Of a stretch of DNA of 64,000 nucleotides, positions 43,730 through 56,853 are shown piece after piece (within the stretch, counting starts at the first letter, position 1; every line of letters begins with the position of its first letter). The stretch is from NCBI GenBank assembly GCA_013239625.1, contig MU056277.1, positions 1,528,076 to 1,592,075 on the forward strand, written 5' to 3'. A program made the translations under genes and the position numbers. A model generated the notes under the pieces. That model was not told the origin of the DNA and did no database searches. It saw nothing but the letters and a program-made list of their open reading frames with translations. Origin of the DNA: Lama guanicoe (Eukaryota).

Positions 43730-44440
43730 GTTGGTCTCATTACAGAGTAATAAATTGGAAATTGCAATGAAATTAGGTTGATTTCTGACTGACAAATTCC
43801 GGTTGCCAGGCGGAAAAGAAATAATGATTTTTAAAGCTGCAACAGCTGTTACATCATATTGTATTTTAAAGCCCTTTAGAGGAATTAGTTAATTAATTTT
43901 AACATTATTATACTCTCCTTAATAGTGTTCCAAAATACCTGGCAGTGATTAATCATGATCAGAATTTTTATCAGTCATGATCTAATACATTTTTCCAAAA
44001 AGAAGATTTTATTGCACATTAAAATTACTTTGTTTGAGTTCTTTAATTGTAGATCTTAATCTCGTTTGAAAATATAATCTTTATCCATTTAGCGCCACAC
44101 AAAGTTAGTGCTCCTCCTCAAAAAAAAAAAAAACATTTTCAAACTTGGCTTAGATTCTTTTCTTTCTTTTTTCTAAGCCGTATCATTTAATTTCATGTGG
44201 CTTTAATGAGTAATTGTTTTCAGCAGTTTCTAAGAGTTTCAGTCAGCCATATTTCATTCCAGAATAAAAGGTAATGATCCATAAATTCTTAATGCCATAT
44301 TTTTATAGCCAGGAAATTAGTCTTTAATGGGTTCAATAAGTTCTGTGATGTATGTCATTAATTGTTAATGGTGTTTTAACCTGATAATTGTGACGAAGGG
44401 TTGTTTATCACCCGTGCTGGTAAATGACTAATCCGTGCCC
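43730..44440. promoter_or_regulatory. Putative conserved non-coding element / developmental enhancer
   Basis: About 700 bp of AT-rich sequence I could not match to a repeat. Very dense TAAT/ATTA cores, PBX-HOX TGATTAAT at 43946, FOX TGTTTAT at 44402, TAATCC at 44429. Confidence 0.55.
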
Positions 44441-44591
44441 TCAGCTCCGCTTCACAGTGTGACTTAGTGACTGTGCTGAGAGCAGGTCAGGGCCCCAAAA
44501 GGCACCGACCAGATGTCAGATTCCAGCACTAGCATGTCATGTGGCAATGACACCATCCTACAGCCTTCAGTTCCAATTTGTTTATGTCTTC

Positions 44592-45260
44592 TGTGTCAGT
44601 CAGCTGTTGGTCCTGCAATGCTGAGTAACAAACATCCCAAACCTCAGTGGCTCATAGCCACAGCCATTTACACTCACAGTGATGGTTAAGTTTGCATATC
44701 ACCTTGGCTAGGCCCTAGGACCCAGTTATTTAACCAAACACAGATCTGGATGCTACTGTGAAAATGTTTGCAGGTACAGCTAACATGTACAATCAGTTGA
44801 CCGTGAATAAAGGAGATGACGCTTGATAACATGGTGGGCCTCATGTGGTCATTTGAAGGCTGTCAGAGCAAAGATTTCTCAGAGAAGAGGAATCCTGCAT
44901 CTAGACCACAGCGTTGAGTCCTGTCTGAGTTTGCGGCCTGCCTCCTGCCCCTCTTGTGTGTATGAAGGCTGGGTGGGGACAGGCTACCCTGGGCTGGGCT
45001 CAGCTGGGCTGGGCTCCTGGCCACAGTTGGGGCCACGTCTGTCCTCGTGTCTCTTGGGCTTTCAGGGCACTCTCTCCTTGAGCAATGGTAGAGAAGCGGG
45101 AAGTTACATCACCCAGGTGCATTTTGAGTCCTGCCTGCCTCCCACCTGCTCTCAACCTCTGACCAAAGCCCATCGGCGCTGGAACCGTGAGCACAAGGCA
45201 GGGAGGTTCACGCCACTTCCGGGGAGTAACAGGCGAAGTCCCACGCAGAGGGTAAGGGCA
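44592..45260 (-). mobile_element. MLT1 (H/I-type) LTR interrupted by MLT2D
   Basis: Begins tgtgtcagtcagct...gagtaacaaacatcccaaacctcagtggct and resumes after about 44955 (ctgggctcagctgggc..., tgaccaaagc). Confidence 0.7.
44678..44952 (+). mobile_element. MLT2D LTR, 5' part, nested in MLT1
   Basis: gtgatggttaa...ttggctaggc...acccagttatttaaccaaacac...tacaatcagttgac...taaaggagat. Confidence 0.85.
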
Positions 45261-45845
45261 CCAGCAGGACGAAGCACCGTCGCAGCGGTCCTCCCACCCG
45301 GTCCTGAGCCAGAGGAGGCAGGCGCCCCACGGCGCATCGCTGTCTGCCCCGGCCACACCCACCCTCTCGCTTGCTCAGGGCTGGACGGAACCAGACCAGC
45401 AGGTCAGAGATCAGCCAGAGCTCCCACGAAGGCCAGGTTTTCTCTAAGAAACTGGGAGGGCACCCTCGGAAACCAGCTCAGAATTGTCACCCCAAACCCT
45501 CCATTCTCGTCACCCTCGTGCCTGTTTCTGCTTTGGATCCATGTGCTTTTCCCCTTTTCTGGCAACTCTGCATGGATTAGGCGTGTATTTTTCAGGCTGG
45601 TCAGTGGGCTTACTTGTATTTTTTTGCAGCTGTAGAAATGCTGCAACTCCTCTCTCTGCAGTTGTGACCTTTCCAGACGGACAGCGTCTGGTGCTCCTGC
45701 CCTGAGAAGGTGGCAGTTACGTCTGAAAGAGGACCTGGGGGAGGGGCCCAGAGAACACATGACAAGGAGGAAGAACCGACCAAGATGGATGAGCATCCAA
45801 AAAGGATTTCCAGCCAAGGGAAATGCACCCGCAAAATCAGAGGAA

Positions 45846-45889
45846 ATGATAATTGGTGGAAGATGATAATTGGTGAAAAATGATAATTG
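45846..45889. repeat. Short tandem repeat, 3 x ATGATAATTG, 17-bp period
   Basis: Exact 10-mer at 45846, 45863 and 45880. Confidence 0.9.
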
Positions 45890-47279
45890 CTTCTGTACGA
45901 ACAAGGCTAACTCAATGAGACACGGTCCAAATGTTACAGCATGCTTATAAATCCTCTGGTAATCTGTCTCATCTACAAAAAGCTGCCCTAAAACTTCTCT
46001 TCAGGAAACCTTTGTGTGCACACACAGGCACACACTCTCAAAACCCACAACACCATAGCATACAATTAGAGGACTTACAATTTTAGGGAGACTGTGGCCC
46101 TTCTCTGGATCAGAAAGCTATTTATGGGCCCAGATTCACAGATAGTTGATCGGCTGGACATGTTAGAGTGAGGAGAGGGAAGAACCAAGGCTGGCTCAGT
46201 TCTGACTGGGTGGAGGATCAGGTCCTCTCCAGTCCAAGGGCTGGAGAGCAGCGTCTGCGGGAGAAGACTCGAGCGGGGCAGGAAGAGGTCAGCCATGTCT
46301 GCAGGCAGCTGTTCATCCAAGTTGAAGCACAGAAGTGAGTGGGGGTTTGAAAACGGAGTAGGAACCGACACCGTGGACGTGGTTGGAAGTGTTAGGACCA
46401 GAGCTCTGGGGTCCTCAGCACCCTGGGAAGGGGGGGCAGTGACGGGGCTGTGGGAGGCAAGGCAGAAAAGCAGAAGCAGCGGCAGGCGCTGAGCCTCAGA
46501 ACCTCCAGGAAGAGTAGGCGCCTCGGGGAGAATGGACGGAGGGCCCCGGCCGGTTGGGGAGGTCTCGGCTCCACCCTCACGACCTCATCTAAGCCTCGTC
46601 ACCCCCCAAAGGCTCCAGATGCCAGCACAGTGCCAGTGAGAGCTTCACCATGAGGATTTCAGGGGTACACAGGCATCCAGCCTTAACAGATGGTGCAGCA
46701 CAGCCGTTCCTGCCGCTGGTGAGCCAAGCACATGGGCCCTGCGTCAGGAAGCCCTCCCTGACGCCTGGAGGGAGGCAGCGCCGTCCTGCTGTTAACCAGG
46801 ACCTCAGGGGCAGCCCCTGCGCAAGTCCTTCTATCCGAGAGTGGGAGATCAGGGGTAAAACTTCCGCCAGGAGGAGCAGTCAGCGAGGTGTAATCCCCAT
46901 CATCAGGCAAGGCGCGGAAGTAAGACGCCGGCACGCATTGCTGCTTGTGCGAATGTGTGTGCAAGTATCCCCCAGCACTGCAGTCCACAAATGCAGCTTC
47001 TTGCACTACCACTGTGAGCGCAGTTACCATCCAGCCCCAGTGAGGGCTGGCCAAACAAAAGCAACATAAACTCTTGCGGACACCTTGTAACTCAGACGGA
47101 AGTTAAACGTGCTAGAGTTCACATCAGAACAGATTCAGTAAAGACAGCGTCACATCTGGAAGAATAACCCTATGATACCGTACGTGGTAACAATAACGGC
47201 ATGAATCAGCCGAAGGAGTTTGACTCCACAGTGGGGTAGATCCACACTGACGTTACTACCTCCGGGCAAAGATGCAGAC

Positions 47280-49440
47280 AGACTCTCTTGCAGGTTTAGG
47301 GTCTTCAGGAGAGCAGATGCAGTCACTGCAGACGTCGAGAAGCCATGGGTTGGTCTGTACTGTTGCTCAGCTCTTTGAGCTCTTCATCAATCTGTTACCT
47401 GGCTATTTGAGCCACTACTGGAAGTGGGGTGTTGGAAGTCCAGCTGTCGCTGTTACGTTAACTTCCCCCCTTCAGTTCTGTCACTTGTCGCTTCCTTTAT
47501 TTTATGCTGTTCTTGGCACCCGTTGCTTATAGTTCTTGTATCATCTTGGTAGAGCGATGCCTTTATCGTTATAAGATGTCCTGCTGTGCGTCTAGTGACG
47601 ATTTTACCTTGAGATCTACTCTGATGCCAGTGTAGCCACCCAATGTTCTCCACCGTTTCCTTGGTATATCTTTTTCCATCCTTTTCTTTCAACTTATTTG
47701 TGTCTCTGGTTATAGAGGATTCGTCTGTCACAGACAACACGCAGCTGGACCGCGTTATTTTTGTTCACTCTGCCCGTCTCTGCCTTTTGACTGGAGCGGT
47801 TACTCCAGTCGTATTTTATGTAATCACTGGTAAGGAAAGATGTACACTTGCCGCTCTGTTCATGGCTTTTGTAGACACGCTGTGTGTTGTTAGTTCCTCT
47901 GTCCTGCCATTTCTGCTTTCTTCTGTATTAAATGTACAGTTTCTAGTGTGCCGTTTTAATCCCTTTGCTTCTTTTACTATATTTTTAACTTAATCTCTTA
48001 GTGGTTGACCTGAAGGCTGCCATTGATATTTTAAAACCGTGTGGCTGGATTCATGCAAACTGAGCTCCAGTTGTGCTCCTGGGTAGCTCTCCCCGCCCCC
48101 CTCCTTCCTGCTGTTCCTGCCCTACAAATTGCGTCTGTGCAGATTGTGCAGCCATCACCACAGGCGTGTAATTACTACTGCATGCTATTTTCTTTTAAAT
48201 CAGACAGGAGAAAAAGAACGGAAACGCACTTACAGTCTTTTGTATTTATCCGTGTGGTTACCTGGACTGCGGTCCTTATGTCTTTGTGGATTTCGGCTGC
48301 CGTCTCATGTGCCTGCATCTATCCGAAGGACTCCAGTGTTTCTTGCAGGGCAGGTCTGCTAGCAGCAAACTCTGTGTTTGTTTGTCTGGGAGCGTGTAAA
48401 TCTCTCCTTCACTTCTGAGGGATAGTTTTGCTGGACATAGACATCTTGGTTGCCAGTTTTTTCCGGCAGCAGTTTGAAAGTGCCCTCCCTCCGCCTTCTG
48501 GCTCCCTGGTTTCTGATGAAGAAACCTGTTACCCGTATGAAGGGTCCTTGATGGGGTGAGTCACTGCGCCCTTCCTGCCGTCACGGTTCTGTCTTCCTGC
48601 AGTGTGTTATGGGGTGTGAATTTCTCTGCGTTTATCTGGCTTGGGGTTTGATGAGCCCCTTGCGTGTATTAGCATCTTCGTCCTGTTTGGGAAGGTTTTG
48701 CCGTGATTTCTTCAGACGTTCTTCCACCCCTTTCCACTTCTCCTCCCACCTGAGACGTGCGCTGCCTGCTGCCGGTGTGCTCGGCGAGGCCTGGTGGGCT
48801 CTGAGGCTCGCTTTCTTCTTCTGCATTCATTCTTCTCTGTGTCTCAGGCTGGATGACCTCCGTGGGTACCTGTGTGAGTTCACTGACGCTTTCCTTTGCC
48901 TGCTCACATCCACTGTCAAAGCCCTTCTAAAGTTTACATTTCAGTTACTGAACTTTTCATCTCCAGAATTTCTATTTGGTTCTTTTTTTTTTCAATAATT
49001 TCTCTCCCACTGTGGTATTTTCTATTAGCTGAGACATTGTTCTCATATTTTTATTAGTTAGTTGAACATGGTTTAAACAGCTGGTTAAAGCCGGTGTCTA
49101 GAAGGCCCCGCTCCTTTGCACATCTCGTGACTTTTGCTGGAAACCGGACATTTTGGTAACACAGCGCGTCCACTCTGGGGATCGGGTTCTCTCCCCTCAG
49201 CGTTTGCTGATGTTGCCATTTGCTTAGTGAATTCCCAGAACTAATTCTGTCAAGTCTGTGTTTTCTGTCACGTGTGGCCACGAAGTCTCGGCCCAGGGAG
49301 CTCGGCGATGAGCTAGTCATTAGACAGAAGCCTCCGTGAACGCCTGGGACTGTCCGTCTCCACTCTTTGCTGACAGGCCAGGCTGAGTGCTCCCCCGGCT
49401 CCAGCTGAGATTCAGCCTCTCCTCTGTGTTTGGCCGGTTG
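47280..49440 (-). mobile_element. Old L1 (L1M3/M4-like): decayed ORF1 and ORF2 endonuclease region
   Basis: ORF 47453..47740(-) DTNKLKEKDGKRY...GHLITIKASLYQDD resembles the ORF2 endonuclease (DTNRLKVKGWKKI...GHFIMIKGSIHQED). Downstream ggatagttttgctggacatagacatcttggttg is typical of antisense ORF1. Confidence 0.85.
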
Positions 49441-51629
49441 CAGTTCTGAACTATTTCTGATTTTCCAGTTAATTTTCCCAGCTACAAGTTTGCTGTTTAT
49501 TCTTTCAGTCAAGAGGCATTTTGGAAGCTTCTATTTTTTTTTTAAAGGTTTAACCAGAGAACCTTACAGAGCTTAGATCTAACAGAAAATAGATACAATG
49601 TCATACTCTTAAATACAAATTCTTATTTTTTTCTATGTAATAAGGACCTAAAAATAAAGGAGGCAGCCAGATGGAGCAGGACGGACATGCAGTCGCCAGA
49701 GACCTTCCTGAGTCTGGGACAAGACCCGTCTCCTTGTCACCCCTGGAGTCTGGGTGGCATCACTTGCTGTGGTTGATACAGGCAGCCTGAGGTTCGAGTG
49801 ACAGGTGTGGGCATGTGTGTCGTCACTGGGGGGTGGACACCTGTCACTCCTGTCACCAGGGAGACCCACGTGGCTCTGAGCTTGTAGGACACGCTCAGTG
49901 GAGGTTCCGACGGCAGCGGGAGGAGACTGCGGTTCTGTGCCCGGGTCCTTCTGCAGTTTGTTCACAGCCTGAAATGCCCATTTAGACTCAGCCCTGGACA
50001 CGGACTAATCCGTTCTTGTGATGGCCGCGAGGTTTGGGAGGATTTCCTCTGGCGTTTCGTCAAAGCTGTCATTCGTTTTGTAGAAATCACTCTGTAAATC
50101 AGCCTGATTATTTGGCTCGTTTTGTGCCTGAGGGCCGGGAGCCCAGCGGTGGGGCGGGGAGGGCATGGCGAGGGGTGAGCAGGTGGGCAGCCCAGGGAGG
50201 CAGAGGAGCTGGGAAGGGCTTTCCAGAACACGCCGGGTGGAGGGGGGTGCTGGGAAAGCAGAAGGCATGGCAGCGCGGGGCTCGGTGGGGGTTCTCACAG
50301 GAAAGTTCCTTCTCTTTGAGGCCCCAGGGCTCCACAAAAGAAGAGGTCCTTTCCTGTTGGGTCAGAACAGCCCCAGATGGCTTCTACCACACGTTCTGGC
50401 AGAGAAAGAAATTATCCGGCTGGAGAGCGGTGACCCTGGTGACTCAGAGTCCCGGCTTCAGAGCCACTCCTGAGGGTGCAGTGGGGGCGCTGACACTTGC
50501 CCACTGGGAGGCTCCTGGCATATCCCCGTGCTTCTTGGAACCTCAGCGGGAGGACGGAGAGCAGGGTCCCAGGCGGACACAGGCGCCTGGGGGATGCCGT
50601 GCGCTGAGGGCGGGAACTCCGGGCTTCCTTCAGGAAACCAATTCTAAAATGTTAAAATGTGTCTTTCTTAAGCCTAAATTGTAAATGACATTAAAAAATG
50701 CATTGCAAAAGCTAAACAGGCATATAAAAGGGTGGTTTCCTTAGATAAGTTTGCTCAATTTAAACCTGAAAGCTGGGCAGCTTAGGACGGGAGGGAGCCA
50801 GCTCCCACTGTGGGAGAGGGCTGGACAAATCCCCACTGAGCGCGTGATGCGAGGCTCGCACCGGGCTGCTGACTGCCAGGGCCTGACTGGGCTCGCTTCC
50901 CATCAGCTGGATGGTTCGAGAGCTCTGGACCTGCTACTGCCCGCCAGGAGCACTGAAAACCCGCAGTTGACCCCGGGACGCAGGCCTGAGCCACATCAGC
51001 CCGTCAGCTTCAGTCCGGAAGCTGCTGGAAACCCTACTGCTTACTCAGTGGGTCAACAGCCAAGTGCAAACGTCTGCAGGCAGGCAGCTCGTCCTGCAAG
51101 AAAAAGAATGAAAAAAGGAGAGACAATGGCATGTGTGGAATTCAGTCTGGGGTCAAGGACAGTTGCTGGGCGGGCAGATACAATACACACAGTGGCATCC
51201 CCTGACACCCCACCCTGGCGACTCGGGCCTCCTCCGCCGCCCTCCTCCATCCTGTTCGTCCCCCGGTGGAGCCGTCCCGGTGGCTGGACACCCTCACTGC
51301 AGGGTTTCTTTACTTGGTTAAATGCAGAGCCACCACGAGAGCTTGGTTTTAACTCCACTCTTCACGGATGCGCTGTTCCAAAACACACCATTTCTGACCT
51401 CCGTGTCGGCCTGGTGCTCAGAATCGTTCAGCCTCCCTGGACAGTGGCCTGTAGGACAGTGTCCGGCCAGCAGCCGACCAGGGAGCCCGTCTTCCGAGTC
51501 CATCTCCATCTGCAGCCTTGCTCGGAGAGGCGGCTCCACGCCGTGCGTTTGGGGCGAATGTGCCTCAAGTCCCAGTTCAGGAGCCAGTGTTCCTGGTTTT
51601 CAGGTGAAAACAGTAGGGCAGAAGCTGGC

Positions 51630-51845
51630 TCAGGACTTGCAGATACAAACTACTGAGTATCAAACAGGTGCACGGCGGGGCCCTCCTGCACGGCACAGGG
51701 AACTGCATCTAATGCCTCTGAGAGCCTTTAATGAAAAAGAACCTGAGAAAGAATATATGTACACACGGAGAACTGAATCGCTGTGCAGTATGCCAGAAAC
51801 TGACGTGACGTTGCAAACCGAATGTCCTTCAGCTTCAGAAAACGC
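51630..51845 (+). mobile_element. L1 3' terminal fragment
   Basis: gcagatacaaactact...gcacagggaact...aactgaatcgctgtgcagtatgccagaaactgac. Confidence 0.85.
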
Positions 51846-52929
51846 TGGCCTCTGCCCGGTCTGCCTCTGCACCTGAGGGGTGCCTCTTCATCCACATCAT
51901 GAACTTCCTGGGGCCTTTTTGGTGGGTTCTAGGCAGCAAGTCTAGGGCTGCGGCCCCCGTGGGAAGGACCAGGTGGTGACCCGAGGCCCTGGAGGCCTGA
52001 GCTGGGTGGGAGGCAGTGTCCCCTTCCTGCAGGCGCCTGCCTGGCCAGGGCTGCGAGCAGAGACGGGGTGGCTTTCCGACCCCTGCATCCTCGGGTCCAC
52101 TGAAACACCAAGCGGCTTTGCTTCCCCTGCGGGGACAGCCAGCTCAGGCTCCTCGCCGTGAGGATGGACTTGGAGGGCCAGGCGGTGTCTGACAGCCCCT
52201 TTCAGAGAGCTGCCTGCCTGCCGCTGATGGTGGGAAGTGCGATTTGGCTGCCCTGTTGGCTCCGGTAATGGCTGTGATCACGCCCATGAGGGTCTCCTTC
52301 CTGCGCCAGCCTTTTAGCCGAGCCATACATCGCGCCTGGATGAGACTCAGAGTGACTTGATACCAGGCTCCCCGGGGCTGCGACAGACAGTCCAACAGGG
52401 GCAGACCCAGCCGCGGCAACGTTTCTGGACGGTCCTGGGGTTCAAGTGCGCGCTGGGCGCCTGCCTCTGCTAACAGGAAATGAAGAGATTCAGCAAGTCC
52501 TCGCGTCCAGCCCAGCACGATGCAAACACCCAAACGTGGCTACCGAGCAGCTCAGGACACCCACCTGCAGGAGCAGGAGGGGAGGAACCAAAAACCTGCC
52601 TTGTGTGGTCGCAGCGAAGCCCTCCTGCGCGGGGGAGGACGCTCGGCCAGCTGGCTGCAGGTTTCCTTCTCTCGAACACTCCAGTGCCCACTGGGATCCC
52701 GTTTTTGCGAGCTGGGGACGAGGTGGGAACCCCACTGACTCTGGCCTCTGTGCTCCCACACACGCAGCCTCAGAGACCCCCGAAGACCAGCAGGTGCCCA
52801 TCTCCCCCGCCCCAGGACGTGTCTCCTGGGGAAGCCCGCTTCTCATCCCTGCCGTGCTCTGCGCCCACGGGACGGTCCGGAGGAGAGGGCCTCGGGCCAG
52901 CAGACGGGGCTCAGCTCCCGGCCGTGTCG

Positions 52930-53630
52930 CAGCTGGCGGGGGCCTTGTGCTCACTGTCCGGCCTCTCCTGGCCTCCACTCACTCATCGGTTTGAGGCACA
53001 AGCTGGGTGCAGGGCACGCTGTCCCGGCGCTTACCACGCAGAGGCAGCATTAGGCCGTGCAGGTTGAGGCAGAGACACCGCCCCCATGCCGCCCACCCTC
53101 CAGACCCGAGCCCGAGCGTGGGGCTGTCAGGCCGCCGCACTTCTGACAGCTGGCTGTAAATCCAGGGCCTTCCCCCACCTGCGGCCTCTTCAGGTGCAGT
53201 AATTCACCGGAGTGACTCACAGAACTCAGGGAAGTGTTGTTTCTACAGTTACAGTTTTATCATAAGGGACACAGATCAGGACCAGTCAAAGGAAGAGGAC
53301 GCTGGCCAGGCTTGGGCGGTCCAGGCCCCTCCTGAGGAGGCCAGTTACATCGCCCCCCATCCTACCCACTACACATACGTGGTCTTGTCCAGAGTTTTTA
53401 TTGGGGTTCTGCATAGGGGTGGGCGAACCCAGTCTCACCTCCCTCCCCTCGCAGAGGTCAAAGGTCAGGCTGATACCGCGCGGCCGCCCCGCGGGCGCCT
53501 CGTCAGCGCAGGCTCCCCAGCGGCCCGCGTTAAGCAGCAGAGACCCTCCTGCCCCAGGAAGCTCTGTGGGCTTAGCTGCGACCTCCCGGGTACCTGGGTC
53601 AGGACCAGGCAAAGTCTGTATTAGATGACA
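52930..53630 (-). mobile_element. MER21B-like LTR
   Basis: gactcacagaactcagggaag...ttacagttttatcataagggacacagatcaggaccag; ends ggcaaagtctgtattagatgaca, the reverse complement of the MER21 start. Confidence 0.8.
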
Positions 53631-55943
53631 GTTACAAGAGTCCGATAACGCAGTGAGAAAACGCACAAGGTGTGAACGCACAAGGCTGGACTGGTGGCCC
53701 CTGAGTGGGGAGGGCGTGGGGGTGGAGTGGAAGAACCCCACCCGGACCCCGGGAGCAGGGGAGCTGAAGGTGCAGGCGGAGACCACGGTCTGCGATGGGG
53801 AAGGAGAACGAGTGTGCCTCCAGCAAACAGTGGCCTCAGACCTTCACCCTCCACGCCCCGGGCGAAGGGCTGCGGGAGAAGCAGCTGGTCTGAAACAACG
53901 CAGTGAAAAGCACGGCAGTCGGTTAACCTGCGTGGAAAACACAGAGCGCGTCGGGAAGAGGATCGACAGCTGGTGCTGTTTTAGAAAGGAGGAGATCTCC
54001 AGCCGCGGTCGGGAGACCACAGACTTTAAGGCCCTGCCTCTGTGTGTGTCTTTGGAAACCTAGCCCTGTGTTCGCCGGTGCTGTGTTTTCCGCAGTGTTT
54101 GAAAAGTGGTGCCCCCGACGGGCACCTGCGGGGCAGCGGGATCCAGGTCCTTCTCCTGCCGGCAGCCCGCAGAGCCGCGCCTGCCTCGGGCCCCGCCTCC
54201 TCGCCACCCCTGATTGGTCACCGCTGCTCCCGGCAGTCAGGAGCCCTGCGGCGCTTAACTCCGTCCTCCAGGATACTTTTAGCGCTTTTCCTGCCGACCC
54301 AGTCACAGCCCTTCCTCGGGTTTGCCTGCAGGAGCCCTTTGAATACCCCGCTGTTAAGTACCCTCTGAACTTGCATGGCCCCGGGGGCTGGATTGTGCTG
54401 TCAGTGCTGAGAAGTGCCCCGGAGCAGAATGTGTTACAGGTCAGCACCTCACTGCTGCTAAGACGGGGAGGTGTCCGCTGCTTGGTGGGCATCGGTTGCA
54501 TTTGAAACCTGATATCCCACCTCGATGGCATGATTTGGCTGTCCTCGAGGGGCAGTCTGCTCTTTACATCTAATCCTGCACCCGCCCAACTTCTCACGGC
54601 AAACAGGCGAGCCCCCGCGCCCCGCTGTGTGTTCAGAGAGGGGTGTCCTTCCTGCTGCTCAGGCTGGAGCCGCACGTCCGGCCCCGCAGTCTGATTGCTG
54701 GTCCATGGCAGCCCCTGGGCACTGACGGCTGGACAGGCGGGAAGGAGGCAGAGCTGTGGTTTGGGGTCTCCCTTCTCCCAGCACCTTTCTGGTTCCTGCT
54801 GTACCGTCAGGTAATCTAAGAGTGATGGGAGCAACCCCAGCATCTCGGTGGCTTAACATAGTAACAGCTTTGTCCTTTCCTCATTCATAGTCCAGTACAT
54901 GGGTTTTCCAGGCAGTGAGGCGGGATCCTGCTCTGGGCAGCTGTCCAGGGCCCACCGGCCAGAGTGCCGTCCCACAGGATGCCAGGCCCACAGTGCGGCC
55001 CAGTCAAAGATGGGACGTGTTTGCTGAGCACCAAACCGCTCCCCGGCCCTCCTCGGACTTCTGAAGGGTGGCATAACTGCTGTGGAGTCCACATCCGTGG
55101 TCACCACGCCGCAGTGAGCGTTTAAGTGGGTTGGAAATTTTAGCGAGCCGACTCTGCGGGAACTTGCTCTGCCACCCTCTAGACCCAGTCACCCAAATGC
55201 ACACAGAGGATTGTACCTGTAACGCCTTCGGACGCAGGGGGCTGCACAGGTGCTCCAGTCATTCTGCAGGGAGGTGAGCCCCTCGGCCTCTCCCCTGGCA
55301 TCTCCCGAGGCCGATGCACGGCCCTCAGCGAGAGTGGGCAGTGCACCAGGGGTCAGCCGCCAGGCCAGCCTCCTTCGGAGGTCCTCTTTGCCCCCGGCGT
55401 GCCCTTGACCGGCTGACCTCCATCACCATGGCCAATATGGAGCTGGGAAGTCCACGCAGTCCTGTGGCAAGTAAAGGTGTGGACCCAGTGGACTCTTGGG
55501 TCAAGAAGGCTGTGGTGTCCATCCCTGAAGGCCCAGTGAGCGGGAGCGCCTGAGTTCAAGGGCAGGGTTGCTCAGAGGTCAGGCGCTTGTCTTCTTCTCA
55601 GGCAGGTACCACGCACTGTCCTAGAACCTGGCTGGTCAAGTACGTCTGTGGACCCTGCGAGCTGGCTAGAGACGCAGCTCCTCAGGCCCTGCGCAGACCC
55701 CCTGTATCAGAGTTGGGTTTCCATGGGGCCAAGGGTGTTCCTGCAGCTCTTGGACCCTGGAGAAAAGCAGGTGAGGCCCTGGGAACCCCACCAGTGACAC
55801 TGGAGGGGCTGGCAGTACAGGTAGCCCCCGAAGACCCTGCGTGTCTCTGATGGGTTTTTAATGATCTGATGAAGGGGAAGGGCATTTGGGGGGATATTAT
55901 CTCTCTGTTAACCAAACAGGCAATTCATCAGCAGTCTCCTTTT

Positions 55944-56853
55944 TTTTCAGTTGAAGTATAGTCAGTCACAATGTTGTGTCAGTTTCTGGTGTCCAGCATC
56001 ATGTTTCAGCCATACGTGTACCTGCATATATTCCTTTTCATATTCTTTTTCATTAGAGGGTACTGCATGATATTGAATATAGTTTCCTGTGCTGTACAGT
56101 AGGACCCTGTTACTCATCTATTTTATATAAAGTAGTCAGTATCTGCAAAACTCGAACTCCTGATTTATCCCTTCCCAGCCCCTTCCCCCTTCCGGTAATC
56201 ATAAGTTTGTTTTCTATGTCTGTGAGTCTGTTTCTGTTTTGTAAATAAGTTCCTTTATATCATTTTTTTTTCAGATTCCACATGTAAGTGATAGCATATG
56301 GTATTTTTCTTTCTCTTTTTGGCTCATTTCACTTAGAATGATGATCTCCAAGTTCATCCAAATTGCTTCCAATGTCATTATTTTATTCTTTTTATGGCTG
56401 AGTAGTATTCCATTATAGAAATATACCACATCTTCTTTTTCCAGTCATCTGCTGATGGACATTGAGGTTGTCTCCATGTCTTGGCTATTGTAAATAGTGC
56501 TGCTATGAACATTGGGGTGCAGGTGTCATCCTGAAGTAGGGTTCCTTCTGGATATGTGCCCAGGAGTGGGATTCCTGGGTCATATGGTAAGTCTATTCCT
56601 AGTCTTTTGAGGAATCTCCATACTGTTTTCCACAGTGGCGGCACCAAACTGCATTCCCACCGGCAGTGCAGGAGGGTCCCTTTTTCTCCACAGCCTCTCC
56701 AGCATTTGTCATTTGTGGACTTTTGAATGATGGCCATTCTGACCGGTGTGAGGTGACACCTCATTGTAGTTTTAAGTTGCATTCCTCTAACAATTAGCGA
56801 TATTGAGCATTTTTTCGTGTGCCTGGTGGCCGTTTCTGTCTTCACTGAAGAAA
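55944..56853 (-). mobile_element. Young 5'-truncated camelid L1 with an open ORF2 C-terminal frame and TSD
   Basis: ORF 56378..56845(-) reads [19 protein letters not shown]...[10 protein letters not shown]...[16 protein letters not shown]...[11 protein letters not shown] cagcag(t/c)ctcctttt at 55929-55943 and 56854-56868. Confidence 0.96.

Noticed and set aside
50751-51656. 301-aa ORF
   Set aside because: Non-ATG start, no recognisable homology, and it ends inside an L1 fragment.
53923-54843. 306-aa minus-strand ORF and a 108-nt plus-strand exon-like segment (EPFEYPAVKYPLNLHG...)
   Set aside because: No recognisable protein family and a weak donor (GTCAGC); it cannot be supported without RNA or conservation data.
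56378-56845. 155-aa ORF as a host gene
   Set aside because: It is the L1 ORF2 C-terminus of a 5'-truncated insertion.
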